Source: an uncultured Eubacteriales bacterium (GTDB lineage Bacteria; Bacillota; Clostridia; Oscillospirales; JAKOTC01). From it: a DNA stretch of 64,000 nucleotides. A model generated the notes under the pieces. That model was not told the origin of the DNA. It searched no databases and was given only the letters and a program-made list of their open reading frames with translations. The DNA lies in NCBI GenBank assembly GCA_964587625.1, contig CAZPLU010000007.1, positions 5,739 to 69,738 of the forward strand, written 5' to 3'. Below are positions 1-11,301 of the stretch, one piece after another. Both the position numbers and the translations under genes were made by a program. Every line of letters starts with the position of its first letter. Within the stretch, counting starts at the first letter, position 1.

Positions 1-21
1 CCGAAAGAAGAGGTATCCGAA

Positions 22-1035
22 ATGAATCGAAATCCGAGACAATGGCTTGCCAATCTGCTCAAAGCCGAGCGTAAATATGCGATGCCCGTTTTATCCTTCC
101 CGTCGATTACACTGATGGGCATCACCGTCCGAGACCTGATTTCCGACAGCGACCTGCAGGCGAAGGGCATGAAGCTTGTCGCCGACCGAGCGCCCAAAGC
201 CGCCGCGTCGCTCAGCATGATGGATCTCTCCGTCGAAGCCGAGGCATTCGGCGCCGCAATCCGATTTTCCGACGACGAAGTCCCCACGGTCACCGGCGCA
301 ATTGTTACCGATGAAGAGGAAGCCGACGCGCTTGCCGTCCCCGAAGTCGGCGCGGGCCGCACCGGAAAATATATCGAAGCCATCAAAAAGGCCGTCATGC
401 TGATTACCGATCGCCCCGTTTTCGCGGGCACCATCGGCCCGTTCTCTCTTTCGGGGCGTCTGATGGACGTCACCGAAGCACTGGTCAACTGCTACACCGA
501 ACCCGACATGGTGCACAAAACCATGGAAAAAACCACGCAGTTCATCATCGAGTATATCAAGGCCTATAAAACCACCGGCTGCGCGGGCGTTGTGATTGCC
601 GAGCCGCTGGCCGGACTGCTCTCGCCCGACCTGGCAGCGACCTTCGCCGAGCCGTATATGCGCCGCATCTCCGACGCGGTCAAGAGCGACGACTTTCTCG
701 TGATCTATCACAACTGCGGCAACAGCACCATCGACATGGTCGACTCGATTCTGCGCACCAACTGCGACGCCTATCATTTCGGCAACTCGATCAGTATGAA
801 AGAGATGCTGAAAAAAATCCCCTCAGACATCGTCGCGCTGGGCAACGTCGACCCCGCCCGGCAATTCCGCAACGGCACGCCCGAATCGATCCGCGAGGAG
901 ACCCTGCGCATTCTCAACGAATGCCGCGAACACAAAAACTTTGTCATCTCGTCGGGCTGCGATGTTCCGCCGGCGACCCCGTGGGAAAATATCGACGCCT
1001 TTTTCGCCGCCGTCGAGGAGTTCTATTCAAAATAA
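22..1035 (+). CDS. URO-D (uroporphyrinogen decarboxylase) family protein, MtaA/CmuA-like corrinoid methyltransferase candidate
   Basis: 337-aa track ORF. Full-length resemblance by eye to the URO-D/MtaA family (FGAAIRFSDDEVP, IAEPLAG, ISSGCDVPP near the C-terminus). A strong terminator follows. Confidence 0.75.
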   Translation: MNRNPRQWLANLLKAERKYAMPVLSFPSITLMGITVRDLISDSDLQAKGMKLVADRAPKAAASLSMMDLSVEAEAFGAAIRFSDDEVPTVTGAIVTDEEEADALAVPEVGAGRTGKYIEAIKKAVMLITDRPVFAGTIGPFSLSGRLMDVTEALVNCYTEPDMVHKTMEKTTQFIIEYIKAYKTTGCAGVVIAEPLAGLLSPDLAATFAEPYMRRISDAVKSDDFLVIYHNCGNSTIDMVDSILRTNCDAYHFGNSISMKEMLKKIPSDIVALGNVDPARQFRNGTPESIREETLRILNECREHKNFVISSGCDVPPATPWENIDAFFAAVEEFYSK

Positions 1036-1046
1036 CACAAAAACAA

Positions 1047-1096
1047 ACGGCGGGTTGACTTAAAAAATTTTTCGTCAATCCGCCGTTTTTTATTTT
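1047..1096 (+). terminator. Rho-independent terminator
   Basis: 13-bp stem acggcgggttgac / gtcaatccgccgt followed by tttttatttt, directly after the stop at 1035. Confidence 0.8.
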
Positions 1097-1102
1097 GTCG
1101 CC

Positions 1103-1131
1103 TTGACACGGCGCCCCGTCGCGGGTATCAT
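1103..1131 (+). promoter_or_regulatory. Candidate sigma-A promoter for the heparinase-like gene
   Basis: TTGACA (1103-1108), 17-nt spacer, TATCAT (1126-1131), about 50 nt upstream of the RBS aaaggag and the ATG at 1182. Confidence 0.45.
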
Positions 1132-1181
1132 CTTAATAGCGGATCAACCGCAAATTTCACACCGTCGAAAGGAGACAAATC

Positions 1182-3008
1182 ATGTCTGCCGACTTCATCA
1201 GACCGGCCGCCGAAATCAGGGGGGATATCGATAAGAGCGCCGAGATGCGTAAACTTTATCAGGATCTAAAGGATAAAGCCGACTATTGGAGGGCGAATTT
1301 TTCGGAGAGCGTCGACGATATCTCCGGCTGGGGGCATAGCTATGTCTGCCCCGTCTGCTCTTCGGCTTTGGAATACGACCTGCAAAAACCCGATGTGCAT
1401 CTGTGCGCCGAGTGCAATATCTCATACGACAATCAGGCGATCCGGGAGGCGTGGATCTCTTTCCGCCGCCACAAAATCGCAGACGGCGTCAAAGCCGCCG
1501 CCGTGGTCTGCCATGTCGAGGGCGAAACGGCGGGGGAATACAAAGATTTTATTTTGAAGGTTCTCACTTGGTACGCCGACCATTATGACCGATTCGAAGA
1601 ACACGGCATTTGGGTCGGCAGGGCCAAGGTGATGGGTCACACCCTTGACGAGGCGTGCTGGGGCATCACGCTGCTCGACGCGCTGTTCATCGCCGGGATC
1701 GACCCCGAGTCCGAAGCCGCGCGGCATTTAAAAAAGAAGCTGCTGGTTCCGATGATGCGCCTGATCATGTCCCAGCCGACCAATCTGATGAACATCTCGC
1801 TGTGGCACGCGGCCTTTGCGACCGGCGTCGGCGTATATTTTAAAGATGAATTCCTGCTGCGCCCCTATGCGCGCTACGACCGCAACGGCAAGCGGCTGAT
1901 CATGGACAATGTGACCGAGGACGGTCTTTGGAAGGAAAATTCGATCAGCTACCATTATTACGCGCTCTCGGCGGCCTTGAGCTTTTACAGCTACGCAAAA
2001 CAGATGGACCTTGCCGATGAGGAACTCAGCGCCATGTTGTTAAAGGCCTATACCGCACCGCTCAAGCTGCTGTATCCCAACGGCGAGCTGCCCGCGACCA
2101 GCGACGGCTGGAAATATACGCTTGATTCGGTCACGGATATCTATAAGCAGGTCTATTTCCTGTTCAAAGATACGCCCGACGCCGACGCGCTTGCGGCGGT
2201 CATCCACTTCACAGAGCCCAAGCCGACCGCGAATTCCCTCTATTTCGGAATCCCGCCCAAACCGGCTTACGATCTGTTCAATCAAAAATCCGTGCATTTG
2301 AGCCGTAACAAGCAGGTCATGCTGCGCAGCGAGGCGGCCAGCGTCTTTATGAAATACGGCAACCTCTGCGCCGGGCATTCACACCCCGACGCGCTCGAAC
2401 TCTCCATCTTCCCGTTCTCGATGGATCCGGGTTCGCTCAGCTACGGCGCGGCGATCCACGGCGAATACTTCTATGTCAACGGCAGTCATTCCACCTTCAT
2501 GCTCGACGGCAAAAACCAAATCAAAACCGCCTGCGGAATCGGCGAGATGTCGGATGACGGGCTTGCGTTCAGCGCCTCGATTGACGGTACCTATCCGGGC
2601 GTGACCGCTTCGAGGGCCGTAACACTCAAAGACCTCTCGGCGAAAACCTGCGAGATCACCGACAAAATGGCCGTCGGGTGTGACGCCGAGCACCAGATCG
2701 ACTGGATTTTCCACGCCATTGGGGATTTTACCGCCAACGGGACGCTCGCCCCGGATTCGATCAAGGAAAACGAAAACGGCTTCAAGCATTTCAAGAATAT
2801 CCAACGTTGGACGGGCGAGAGCTTTACCTGCACCTGGAACTTTGAGGGCGATCAACTCACGTTAAAACTCCCGGCCATGGGGGATACGACCATCTACATC
2901 GCCACCACACCCGACAACCCCACCAAGCGCGAACGCCACGCGGTCTTGATCCGCAAGCAGGGAAAGACCCTCGACGTCAACGCCCTTTTCACTTTGAATA
3001 AAAAGTAA
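1182..3008 (+). CDS. Heparinase II/III-like (polysaccharide lyase-like) protein with N-terminal CxxC...CxxC zinc-ribbon
   Basis: 608-aa ORF. The C-terminal region has the Hepar_II_III-type motif GHSHPDALELSIF...DPGSLSYG...GSHSTFMLDGKNQ. The N-terminus has CPVCSS...CAECN. RBS aaaggag lies upstream. Confidence 0.7.
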   Translation: MSADFIRPAAEIRGDIDKSAEMRKLYQDLKDKADYWRANFSESVDDISGWGHSYVCPVCSSALEYDLQKPDVHLCAECNISYDNQAIREAWISFRRHKIADGVKAAAVVCHVEGETAGEYKDFILKVLTWYADHYDRFEEHGIWVGRAKVMGHTLDEACWGITLLDALFIAGIDPESEAARHLKKKLLVPMMRLIMSQPTNLMNISLWHAAFATGVGVYFKDEFLLRPYARYDRNGKRLIMDNVTEDGLWKENSISYHYYALSAALSFYSYAKQMDLADEELSAMLLKAYTAPLKLLYPNGELPATSDGWKYTLDSVTDIYKQVYFLFKDTPDADALAAVIHFTEPKPTANSLYFGIPPKPAYDLFNQKSVHLSRNKQVMLRSEAASVFMKYGNLCAGHSHPDALELSIFPFSMDPGSLSYGAAIHGEYFYVNGSHSTFMLDGKNQIKTACGIGEMSDDGLAFSASIDGTYPGVTASRAVTLKDLSAKTCEITDKMAVGCDAEHQIDWIFHAIGDFTANGTLAPDSIKENENGFKHFKNIQRWTGESFTCTWNFEGDQLTLKLPAMGDTTIYIATTPDNPTKRERHAVLIRKQGKTLDVNALFTLNKK

Positions 3009-3024
3009 ACCGTCATCTTTCATA

Positions 3025-3060
3025 AAAAGCCCGATTTCCGATAGGAATCGGGCTTTTTAT
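3025..3060 (+). terminator. Rho-independent terminator
   Basis: agcccgatt / aatcgggct stem followed by ttttt, just after the stop at 3008. Confidence 0.8.
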
Positions 3061-3201
3061 GTCATTCTGAGCGAAGCGCACCGTGCGCGGAGTCGAAGAA
3101 TCTCGGAAAGATAACGGCGTATGGGCAAGGGTTGCCATAAAACGATATGATAACGAGATCCTTCGACTGCGTGCCGTAAACGGCACTCCGCTCAGGATGA
3201 C
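3061..3201. repeat. REP-like inverted pair (GTCATYCTGAGCG ... AGTCGAAGRATCTCGG family)
   Basis: The left arm (3061-3106) and right arm (3154-3201) are inverted copies. Each carries its own inner hairpin. The same family occurs at 34098-34570 and 43236-43269. Confidence 0.8.
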
Positions 3202-3319
3202 ACCGTGTTCTTTAACAGATAGTCGGGCTTTATGATTGAAATTCGGTAAATTTTATGTTATATTCAATTCGGTTTTAAGAGGCAAAAAGCTCCTCACCCA
3301 AATGAAAGGACGATATGAT

Positions 3320-5011
3320 ATGAAACCTGCCATGCGGTTCGGCGGCTGCGAATTTGCAAACCGGATGAACGCGGTCTACGCCGAGACGGTGAACGATTTA
3401 ATTTCAAAAGTTGAGACGGGCAACGACCCGCATTATAAAAAGGGCTTTTTGCATACGTCGACCGCCCCGCACAATTATACCAACTATTATAACGAGATGT
3501 GGTCGCGCGACAGCGGGCGCGGGTTGATCGAAATCGCACGGCTCGGTTTCACCGATCTCGCGCTGCCCGTGGCGCTGTATATGCTCTGCGCGCTCAACGA
3601 TGCCGACCACTGGGGGCGCATCATCGACCGCTATACCGGGAAACCCGAAAAACCGGTACAGGTGGGTGATTACGAGACCGACGGAAACGCGCTCGTACTG
3701 CTCGGTATCTATAACACCTGGCTCGCCGCGGGGCGCGAACCGGCGCTTGCCAAAGAATTTTTAGAGGGTGTTGCGCCTGTCATCGGCTGGATCGACCGCA
3801 TGATGCAGGCCTCCCCCTACGGCGGGCTATTGCCATGCAAGTCAGAACTTTCCGGCAACCCCAACACCTCCTATGTGGTGTACGCCGTCTACCCGAATTA
3901 CGGGATCAAAACCGCTCTGACCGCCTTGAAACACATGGCCGAAGCCGCCGGGGATAACTCTTTGGCGACAAAATTGGCCGAAATGCACGAAAAACTCTCG
4001 CGGGCGCTCTCCGAAAAATTGGTGTCCGGCGAGCGCAGCTGGACGCCCGAAAAGACCAAAGCGGCGTTTTCGCGCTATTCGCCCGTGCGCGAGGGATGCT
4101 GGATCAACGGCATCGACGGACGCGACGGCAGTGAATATAACTATGCCGACTGGGACAGCATTCGGTTTCCCATCCACGCCTGGACGCGGCAATTGCCCTT
4201 TATTTTCGATTCCGACCTCGGGTTTTGCGGTCCGGAGAGAGGCACCCACGCCGAGGCAAATAAAAAAAGTTACGAATACATCCTCGGTGAGATGTGCAAG
4301 GGGCTTTATTTCCGCAAATACGGCTTTGTCAGCAACACCTGCTGGGAGGGCATGCGCGGCCGCCACGACGACACGATGACCGGTTACGGGCAGGGGTTTA
4401 TGACCCAAGCCGCGATTTTGATGGACGACGTCAACGCCTACACCAAACTGCTCGAGGGCGTCGCCCGCCTCGCCTACGACGGCGATGTGATGCAACCGAC
4501 CTCCCACGAGATGAACCCATGGATTTTACACGAGTGCTTTGATTATGACGCCTATGAAAACGCCCGGGACCACACGGCGGGCTTTCACAACGACGGCCGC
4601 TTCGGCGTGATGGAGAACCCCGGCGACGAGGGGAATCTGGTGCAGGAGGCCGAGCCCCTCAAAGCCATGACATTGATGTCGGGCATCGAAAACGGCGCAA
4701 AACTGCGCATTTTGCCGCGCATTCCGTGGACTTACGACACCATCGAGGTGCGCGACTTCCCGGTGTTTCAAAACGGCCAAAGCGGGCGCATTTCTTATCG
4801 CATGGAGCATGAGCGCTGGCTGCGCAAGGTGCGTGTGAACGTCGAGAGCACCATCCCGCTCGAATACAATTTCCGGGTCGGCCCGTTCCCTCAGGTGTGC
4901 AACTTCGCCGACACCGCCGATTGTTTCAAAGAAGTCACGAAAAACGCCTCATGGATCTGGAAAACCGGCCTGTCCGGCAAAAACACCGAGTTTGAAATCG
5001 CGCTGCCGTGA
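3320..5011 (+). CDS. Hypothetical protein, (alpha/alpha)6-barrel glycoside-hydrolase-like (GH15-like WSRDSG motif)
   Basis: Track ORF 3236..5011. I prefer the ATG at 3320 because aaagga lies 9 nt upstream. The motif EMWSRDSGRG resembles glucoamylase-type six-hairpin enzymes. The functional call is weak. Confidence 0.5.
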   Translation: MKPAMRFGGCEFANRMNAVYAETVNDLISKVETGNDPHYKKGFLHTSTAPHNYTNYYNEMWSRDSGRGLIEIARLGFTDLALPVALYMLCALNDADHWGRIIDRYTGKPEKPVQVGDYETDGNALVLLGIYNTWLAAGREPALAKEFLEGVAPVIGWIDRMMQASPYGGLLPCKSELSGNPNTSYVVYAVYPNYGIKTALTALKHMAEAAGDNSLATKLAEMHEKLSRALSEKLVSGERSWTPEKTKAAFSRYSPVREGCWINGIDGRDGSEYNYADWDSIRFPIHAWTRQLPFIFDSDLGFCGPERGTHAEANKKSYEYILGEMCKGLYFRKYGFVSNTCWEGMRGRHDDTMTGYGQGFMTQAAILMDDVNAYTKLLEGVARLAYDGDVMQPTSHEMNPWILHECFDYDAYENARDHTAGFHNDGRFGVMENPGDEGNLVQEAEPLKAMTLMSGIENGAKLRILPRIPWTYDTIEVRDFPVFQNGQSGRISYRMEHERWLRKVRVNVESTIPLEYNFRVGPFPQVCNFADTADCFKEVTKNASWIWKTGLSGKNTEFEIALP

Positions 5012-5063
5012 TTTAGACAATAGCCGATATCGGGATTGTTTGATAAACAATTAAGGGGGATGT

Positions 5064-5687
5064 ATGTTTCAATATTTATTAATCCCGATTGTTTTGGGAC
5101 TGGTTTGGCTGATCTTGAGAATAAAACCTTTGAAGGCCTTATCGGTTAAGAAAAAAAGGGCGTTCTCTATTATCATAGCATTGGTCCTTTGGACGACTTT
5201 TGGAGCGGTGCCGTATATGTTTTCATACAATACTCCGGAAACGGCGATTAAATACACAATTGAAAATTGGAAATCCATCAGCGTGGTAGGCACTTTAAAC
5301 AACGGCACCGAAGGCGCCTATGTGATGTACGAAAATCATGGTGTGCTTTCTTCATATTATTTAAAAAAAGTCGGCGATAAATGGAGAATGCCGTCGCGTA
5401 TCCCAAAAAATGATACTCAAGCCGCAATATATGATTCAAGTTTTATTCATTATCGGCATTATATTAAAGAGGGTTTCGTTGTAATTGAATACGATTCATT
5501 TGTTGATAACACTGCCTCTCCATACCAAGTAGCAGATAATAAAGGAACGGTTTTTTACAGTGTGTTAAGAAAATCATATCAGCCCGACAAAACCAATGTT
5601 CTTTATTACGGTATGTATTTATATGACAACGCACCCTATGAGCTATATGTAAACGGAGAGCTTGCTTATACATACAGCAAAAATTGA
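5064..5687 (+). CDS. Hypothetical membrane protein (orphan, low-GC)
   Basis: 207-aa ORF with two N-terminal hydrophobic helices. RBS aaggggga precedes the ATG. It is markedly AT-richer than its surroundings. No family recognised. Confidence 0.55.
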   Translation: MFQYLLIPIVLGLVWLILRIKPLKALSVKKKRAFSIIIALVLWTTFGAVPYMFSYNTPETAIKYTIENWKSISVVGTLNNGTEGAYVMYENHGVLSSYYLKKVGDKWRMPSRIPKNDTQAAIYDSSFIHYRHYIKEGFVVIEYDSFVDNTASPYQVADNKGTVFYSVLRKSYQPDKTNVLYYGMYLYDNAPYELYVNGELAYTYSKN

Positions 5688-5848
5688 TCATATTTTTTAA
5701 TGCAAATATAAATCACGATTTAATATTTGCATAAAACCCAATGGGTTGAAACAAATCCGATCAATTCGTTTCACCCCGCAAAGATATGAATTAAAAAACA
5801 CGCTCATCGAAAAGTATTAAAACATTCCGTCGGAATATTTTCGACGGG

Positions 5849-5892
5849 TTATGAGGGCGTTCCCTCAGGTCGTCCCGCCCTACTTTATGAGG
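5849..5892. repeat. Small GTAGGG-type hairpin element flanked by 8-bp direct repeat TTATGAGG
   Basis: TTATGAGG occurs at 5849-5856 and 5885-5892. The two copies bracket 28 bp (gcgttccctcaggtcgtcccgccctact) containing an AGGGCG/CGCCCT stem. Confidence 0.35.
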
Positions 5893-5894
5893 AT

Positions 5895-6351
5895 TTATTT
5901 CACCATCTCGTAAAATTCCGCCTCGGAAATGACCTTAACCCCCAATGCCCGCGCCTTGGTCAGCTTGCTCCCCGCGTCTTCGCCCGCAAGCACAAAATCG
6001 GTTTTTTTCGATACCGAAGAACCCGTTTTTCCGCCCGCGTCCTTGATCATCTGCTCGGCCTCGTCACGCGGAATCGACTGCGTTCCGGTCAGCACAAAGA
6101 CCTTGCCCTCGAGCGGCCCGCCGACCTTTTTTTCGGTCAGGCAGGTCATGTTGAGCCCCGCGGCTTTTAACTTATCGATCAAAGTGATGTTTACATCCTC
6201 CGAAAAATACGCTTTGACGCTCTCTGCGGTGATTGCCCCGACGCCCTCCACATGCGCAATCTCCTCAATAGCGGCGCTTTTCAACGCGTCCAGCGTGCCG
6301 AAATGCAGCGCCAGATCCGTCGCCGCCGTCTCGCCGACGTGCCGGATGCCG
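5895..6351 (-). pseudogene. ligA: Displaced 3'-terminal fragment of ligA (HhH/BRCT region, last ~150 codons)
   Basis: Positions 5899-6276 are identical (378 bp, manual alignment, offset 2688) to 8587-8964 of the intact ligA. Positions 6277-6351 have about 10 mismatches in 75 bp. Homology then stops. There are no upstream ligase domains. Confidence 0.85.
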
Positions 6352-6500
6352 GAGCGACTTGTCCGAAATCCGCACGGTGGGACTGTTATAATTTTTTTAA
6401 AACCCCGTTGCAATCGTCGCGGCGGGAGATGTACACTAATATTGTCAGCCGCGGACGGTTGACCACCGCGACTGATAATAATCGGGCAGGAGGGGAAAGG

Positions 6501-6626
6501 ATGGAAAACGGAATGTCCAACGATCAGCTTAACGCGCTGCTGGAAACCATCGCGAAACTCATTGAATCCAAAGCACATACCACTGCAGACGCCGCGCAGA
6601 TCGTGCGGGAAGCCAAGACAAAATAA
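6501..6626 (+). CDS. Small hypothetical protein (41 aa)
   Basis: ATG at 6501 preceded by aggagggg. It is the in-frame tail of track ORF 6252..6626. Sequence: MENGMSNDQLNALLETIAKLIESKAHTTADAAQIVREAKTK. Confidence 0.4.
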   Translation: MENGMSNDQLNALLETIAKLIESKAHTTADAAQIVREAKTK

Positions 6627-6756
6627 AATAGGCCGCTCCCCACCGACTAAGGCAAGAGCGACCTAAACCGCAAACGGGGCGTAAAGCCTGCCATTTACGC
6701 CCCTATCCTACCACATCAACGGCAGATAATCAAGAGATATTTTTAAGGAGAATATC

Positions 6757-6924
6757 ATGACATACAATGAAGCAATCGCAGCAGCCAGAGCGGCCACCAC
6801 CTACGCGGGGGTAGACGCGCTTTGCAAGACCATCGAAGAGGCCTACGACACCATCAGCGATCGCCAGTACTACAACGTGCGCAACATCGCCATCAATGCG
6901 GCATACGCAGCCGGAGCAAAGTAA
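6757..6924 (+). CDS. Small hypothetical protein (55 aa)
   Basis: Below the track size cutoff. ATG at 6757 is preceded by taaggag. Sequence: MTYNEAIAAARAATTYAGVDALCKTIEEAYDTISDRQYYNVRNIAINAAYAAGAK. Confidence 0.4.
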   Translation: MTYNEAIAAARAATTYAGVDALCKTIEEAYDTISDRQYYNVRNIAINAAYAAGAK

Positions 6925-6945
6925 AAGCCGCCAAGGAGGAATAAA

Positions 6946-7035
6946 ATGAATACGAACTCGAACAAATGGCACGACGTGGACGGCGTCTACACCCGCGATA
7001 CCTGGGCGATACCGGACGAGGGCACCGAAAAATGA
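6946..7035 (+). CDS. Small hypothetical protein (29 aa)
   Basis: ATG at 6946 preceded by aaggagga. Sequence: MNTNSNKWHDVDGVYTRDTWAIPDEGTEK. It lies 21 nt after the previous small ORF. Confidence 0.3.
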   Translation: MNTNSNKWHDVDGVYTRDTWAIPDEGTEK

Positions 7036-7138
7036 TACCCCTCGCACTGGCGTTTCCAACGACCCGAATCGGCTATCCGAATGGAGGGCCGTTTATTTTT
7101 TTATCGGCTTGAACGGCATTTTTATATAAAATGATCTG

Positions 7139-7167
7139 TTGACAAAGAGTTTTTATTATGTTAATAT
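7139..7167 (+). promoter_or_regulatory. Candidate sigma-A promoter for the DUF4143 ATPase gene
   Basis: TTGACA (7139-7144), 17-nt spacer, TAATAT (7162-7167), in an AT-rich stretch. Confidence 0.4.
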
Positions 7168-7233
7168 AAAAACGTATTTTATATTTGCATAAAATACGCG
7201 AATTACATCCATCATATAAAGGGGTGAGGCCTT

Positions 7234-8496
7234 GTGTATATTACAAGAACTATCGAAAAAACCGCAATGACAATCAGCGAGACCTATCCTGTTCTTTTAA
7301 TCACCGGACCGCGGCAGGTGGGAAAAACCACGCTTTTGCAAAAACTTGCGTCGCCGGATCGAAAATATGTGACGCTCGATAATCCCACTTTTCGTGAAAT
7401 TGCCAATCACGAGCCGGAACTGTTTTTGCAACGGTTTTCCCCTCCCGTCATCATCGATGAAATTCAATACGCGGCAGGTCTTTTGGAATATATTAAAATC
7501 TATGTTGATACCCATAAAAATTGCGGTGATTTTTGGCTCACGGGCTCACAGGCCTTTCATATGATGAAAAAAGTCAGCGAAACCCTTGCGGGCAGAATAG
7601 GCATACTCCGCATAAACGGACTTTCAAACAGTGAAATCAACGGAAACCCCCTTCCGCCGTTTGAAATAAATCCCGACGCGCTCATCGGTCGGCTCAACAT
7701 CGCAAAAAGAATGACCATGCCGGAAATTTTTGAACGTATTTATAAGGGCTCAATGCCGCGTCTTTATGAAATGCCGCAAACCGATCGGGATGGGTATTAC
7801 GAATCTTATCTTGAAACCTATATCAGCCGGGACATCAAAGATTTGACGCAGGTTGCCGATGAGTTATCGTTCTTCAGGTTTGTCGGGATTGTAGCGGCCA
7901 GAACCGCTTCCAATGTCAATTATGATGCTTTGGCGAGTGAAACAGGCATCACCGCTCCCACCGCCAAACAATGGCTTTCCATATTGATATCCAGCGGCCT
8001 TGTTTTGCTCGTCGAGCCGTTTTTTAACAATGCTTTGAAACGAGTGGTTAAAGCGCCCAGAATGTATTTCCTCGATACCGGTTTATGCGCTTATCTCACG
8101 CGTTGGAATTCTCCCGAGGCATTGGAAGCCGGTGCCATGAGCGGTGCGTTTTTTGAAACATGGGTCGTATCGGAAATATACAAAAGTTATATCAATCACG
8201 GAAAGCGCCCCCCGCTGTATTTTTACCGCGACGGCAACAAAAAGGAAATCGATTTGATATTACAATACAACAACACGGTATATCCGATCGAAATTAAAAA
8301 AAGCGCCGCCCCGAAAGACGCCGTTAAAAGTTTTTCCGTGTTAAAACCAATTGAAAACGAGCCGTCGGAGGAGGACCGATTTTCGGGCGCTGCCCGTCTT
8401 AAAACGGTCATCGGAACCGGCGCGGTCATTTGCTTGGCATCGGATGTTTTGCCGATTGATCGTAAAAATTGGTATATTCCCGCGTGGTTGATTTGA
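7234..8496 (+). CDS. AAA+ ATPase, AAA_14/DUF4143 family, with PD-(D/E)xK-like C-terminal motif
   Basis: GTG start after ggggtgagg. Walker A is LLITGPRQVGKTTLLQ. The C-terminal KKEIDLIL...YPIEIKKS resembles a restriction-endonuclease-fold E-x-K motif. The overall layout is typical of DUF4143 proteins. Confidence 0.8.
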   Translation: MYITRTIEKTAMTISETYPVLLITGPRQVGKTTLLQKLASPDRKYVTLDNPTFREIANHEPELFLQRFSPPVIIDEIQYAAGLLEYIKIYVDTHKNCGDFWLTGSQAFHMMKKVSETLAGRIGILRINGLSNSEINGNPLPPFEINPDALIGRLNIAKRMTMPEIFERIYKGSMPRLYEMPQTDRDGYYESYLETYISRDIKDLTQVADELSFFRFVGIVAARTASNVNYDALASETGITAPTAKQWLSILISSGLVLLVEPFFNNALKRVVKAPRMYFLDTGLCAYLTRWNSPEALEAGAMSGAFFETWVVSEIYKSYINHGKRPPLYFYRDGNKKEIDLILQYNNTVYPIEIKKSAAPKDAVKSFSVLKPIENEPSEEDRFSGAARLKTVIGTGAVICLASDVLPIDRKNWYIPAWLI

Positions 8497-8582
8497 AAAC
8501 GAACGAGTTTGTCACCGCGATTGTTTAATGCAAACTGTGCGCCGCGCGCGACACATTCCCTCCTTTGAAAGGGGGAAAATCT

Positions 8583-11253
<2,671 letters not shown>

Positions 11254-11301
11254 ACCGCCCCTGTGTATTATATGCGAAGGGGGCTTGTCATGTGACGATA
11301 A

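Noticed and set aside
5895-6578. 227-aa track ORF that looks like a BRCT-domain protein gene.
   Set aside because: Only the C-terminal roughly 150 codons are ligA-derived, and they duplicate 8587-9039. The N-terminal part is read-through of unrelated DNA with no RBS or start context. Treated as a displaced gene fragment.
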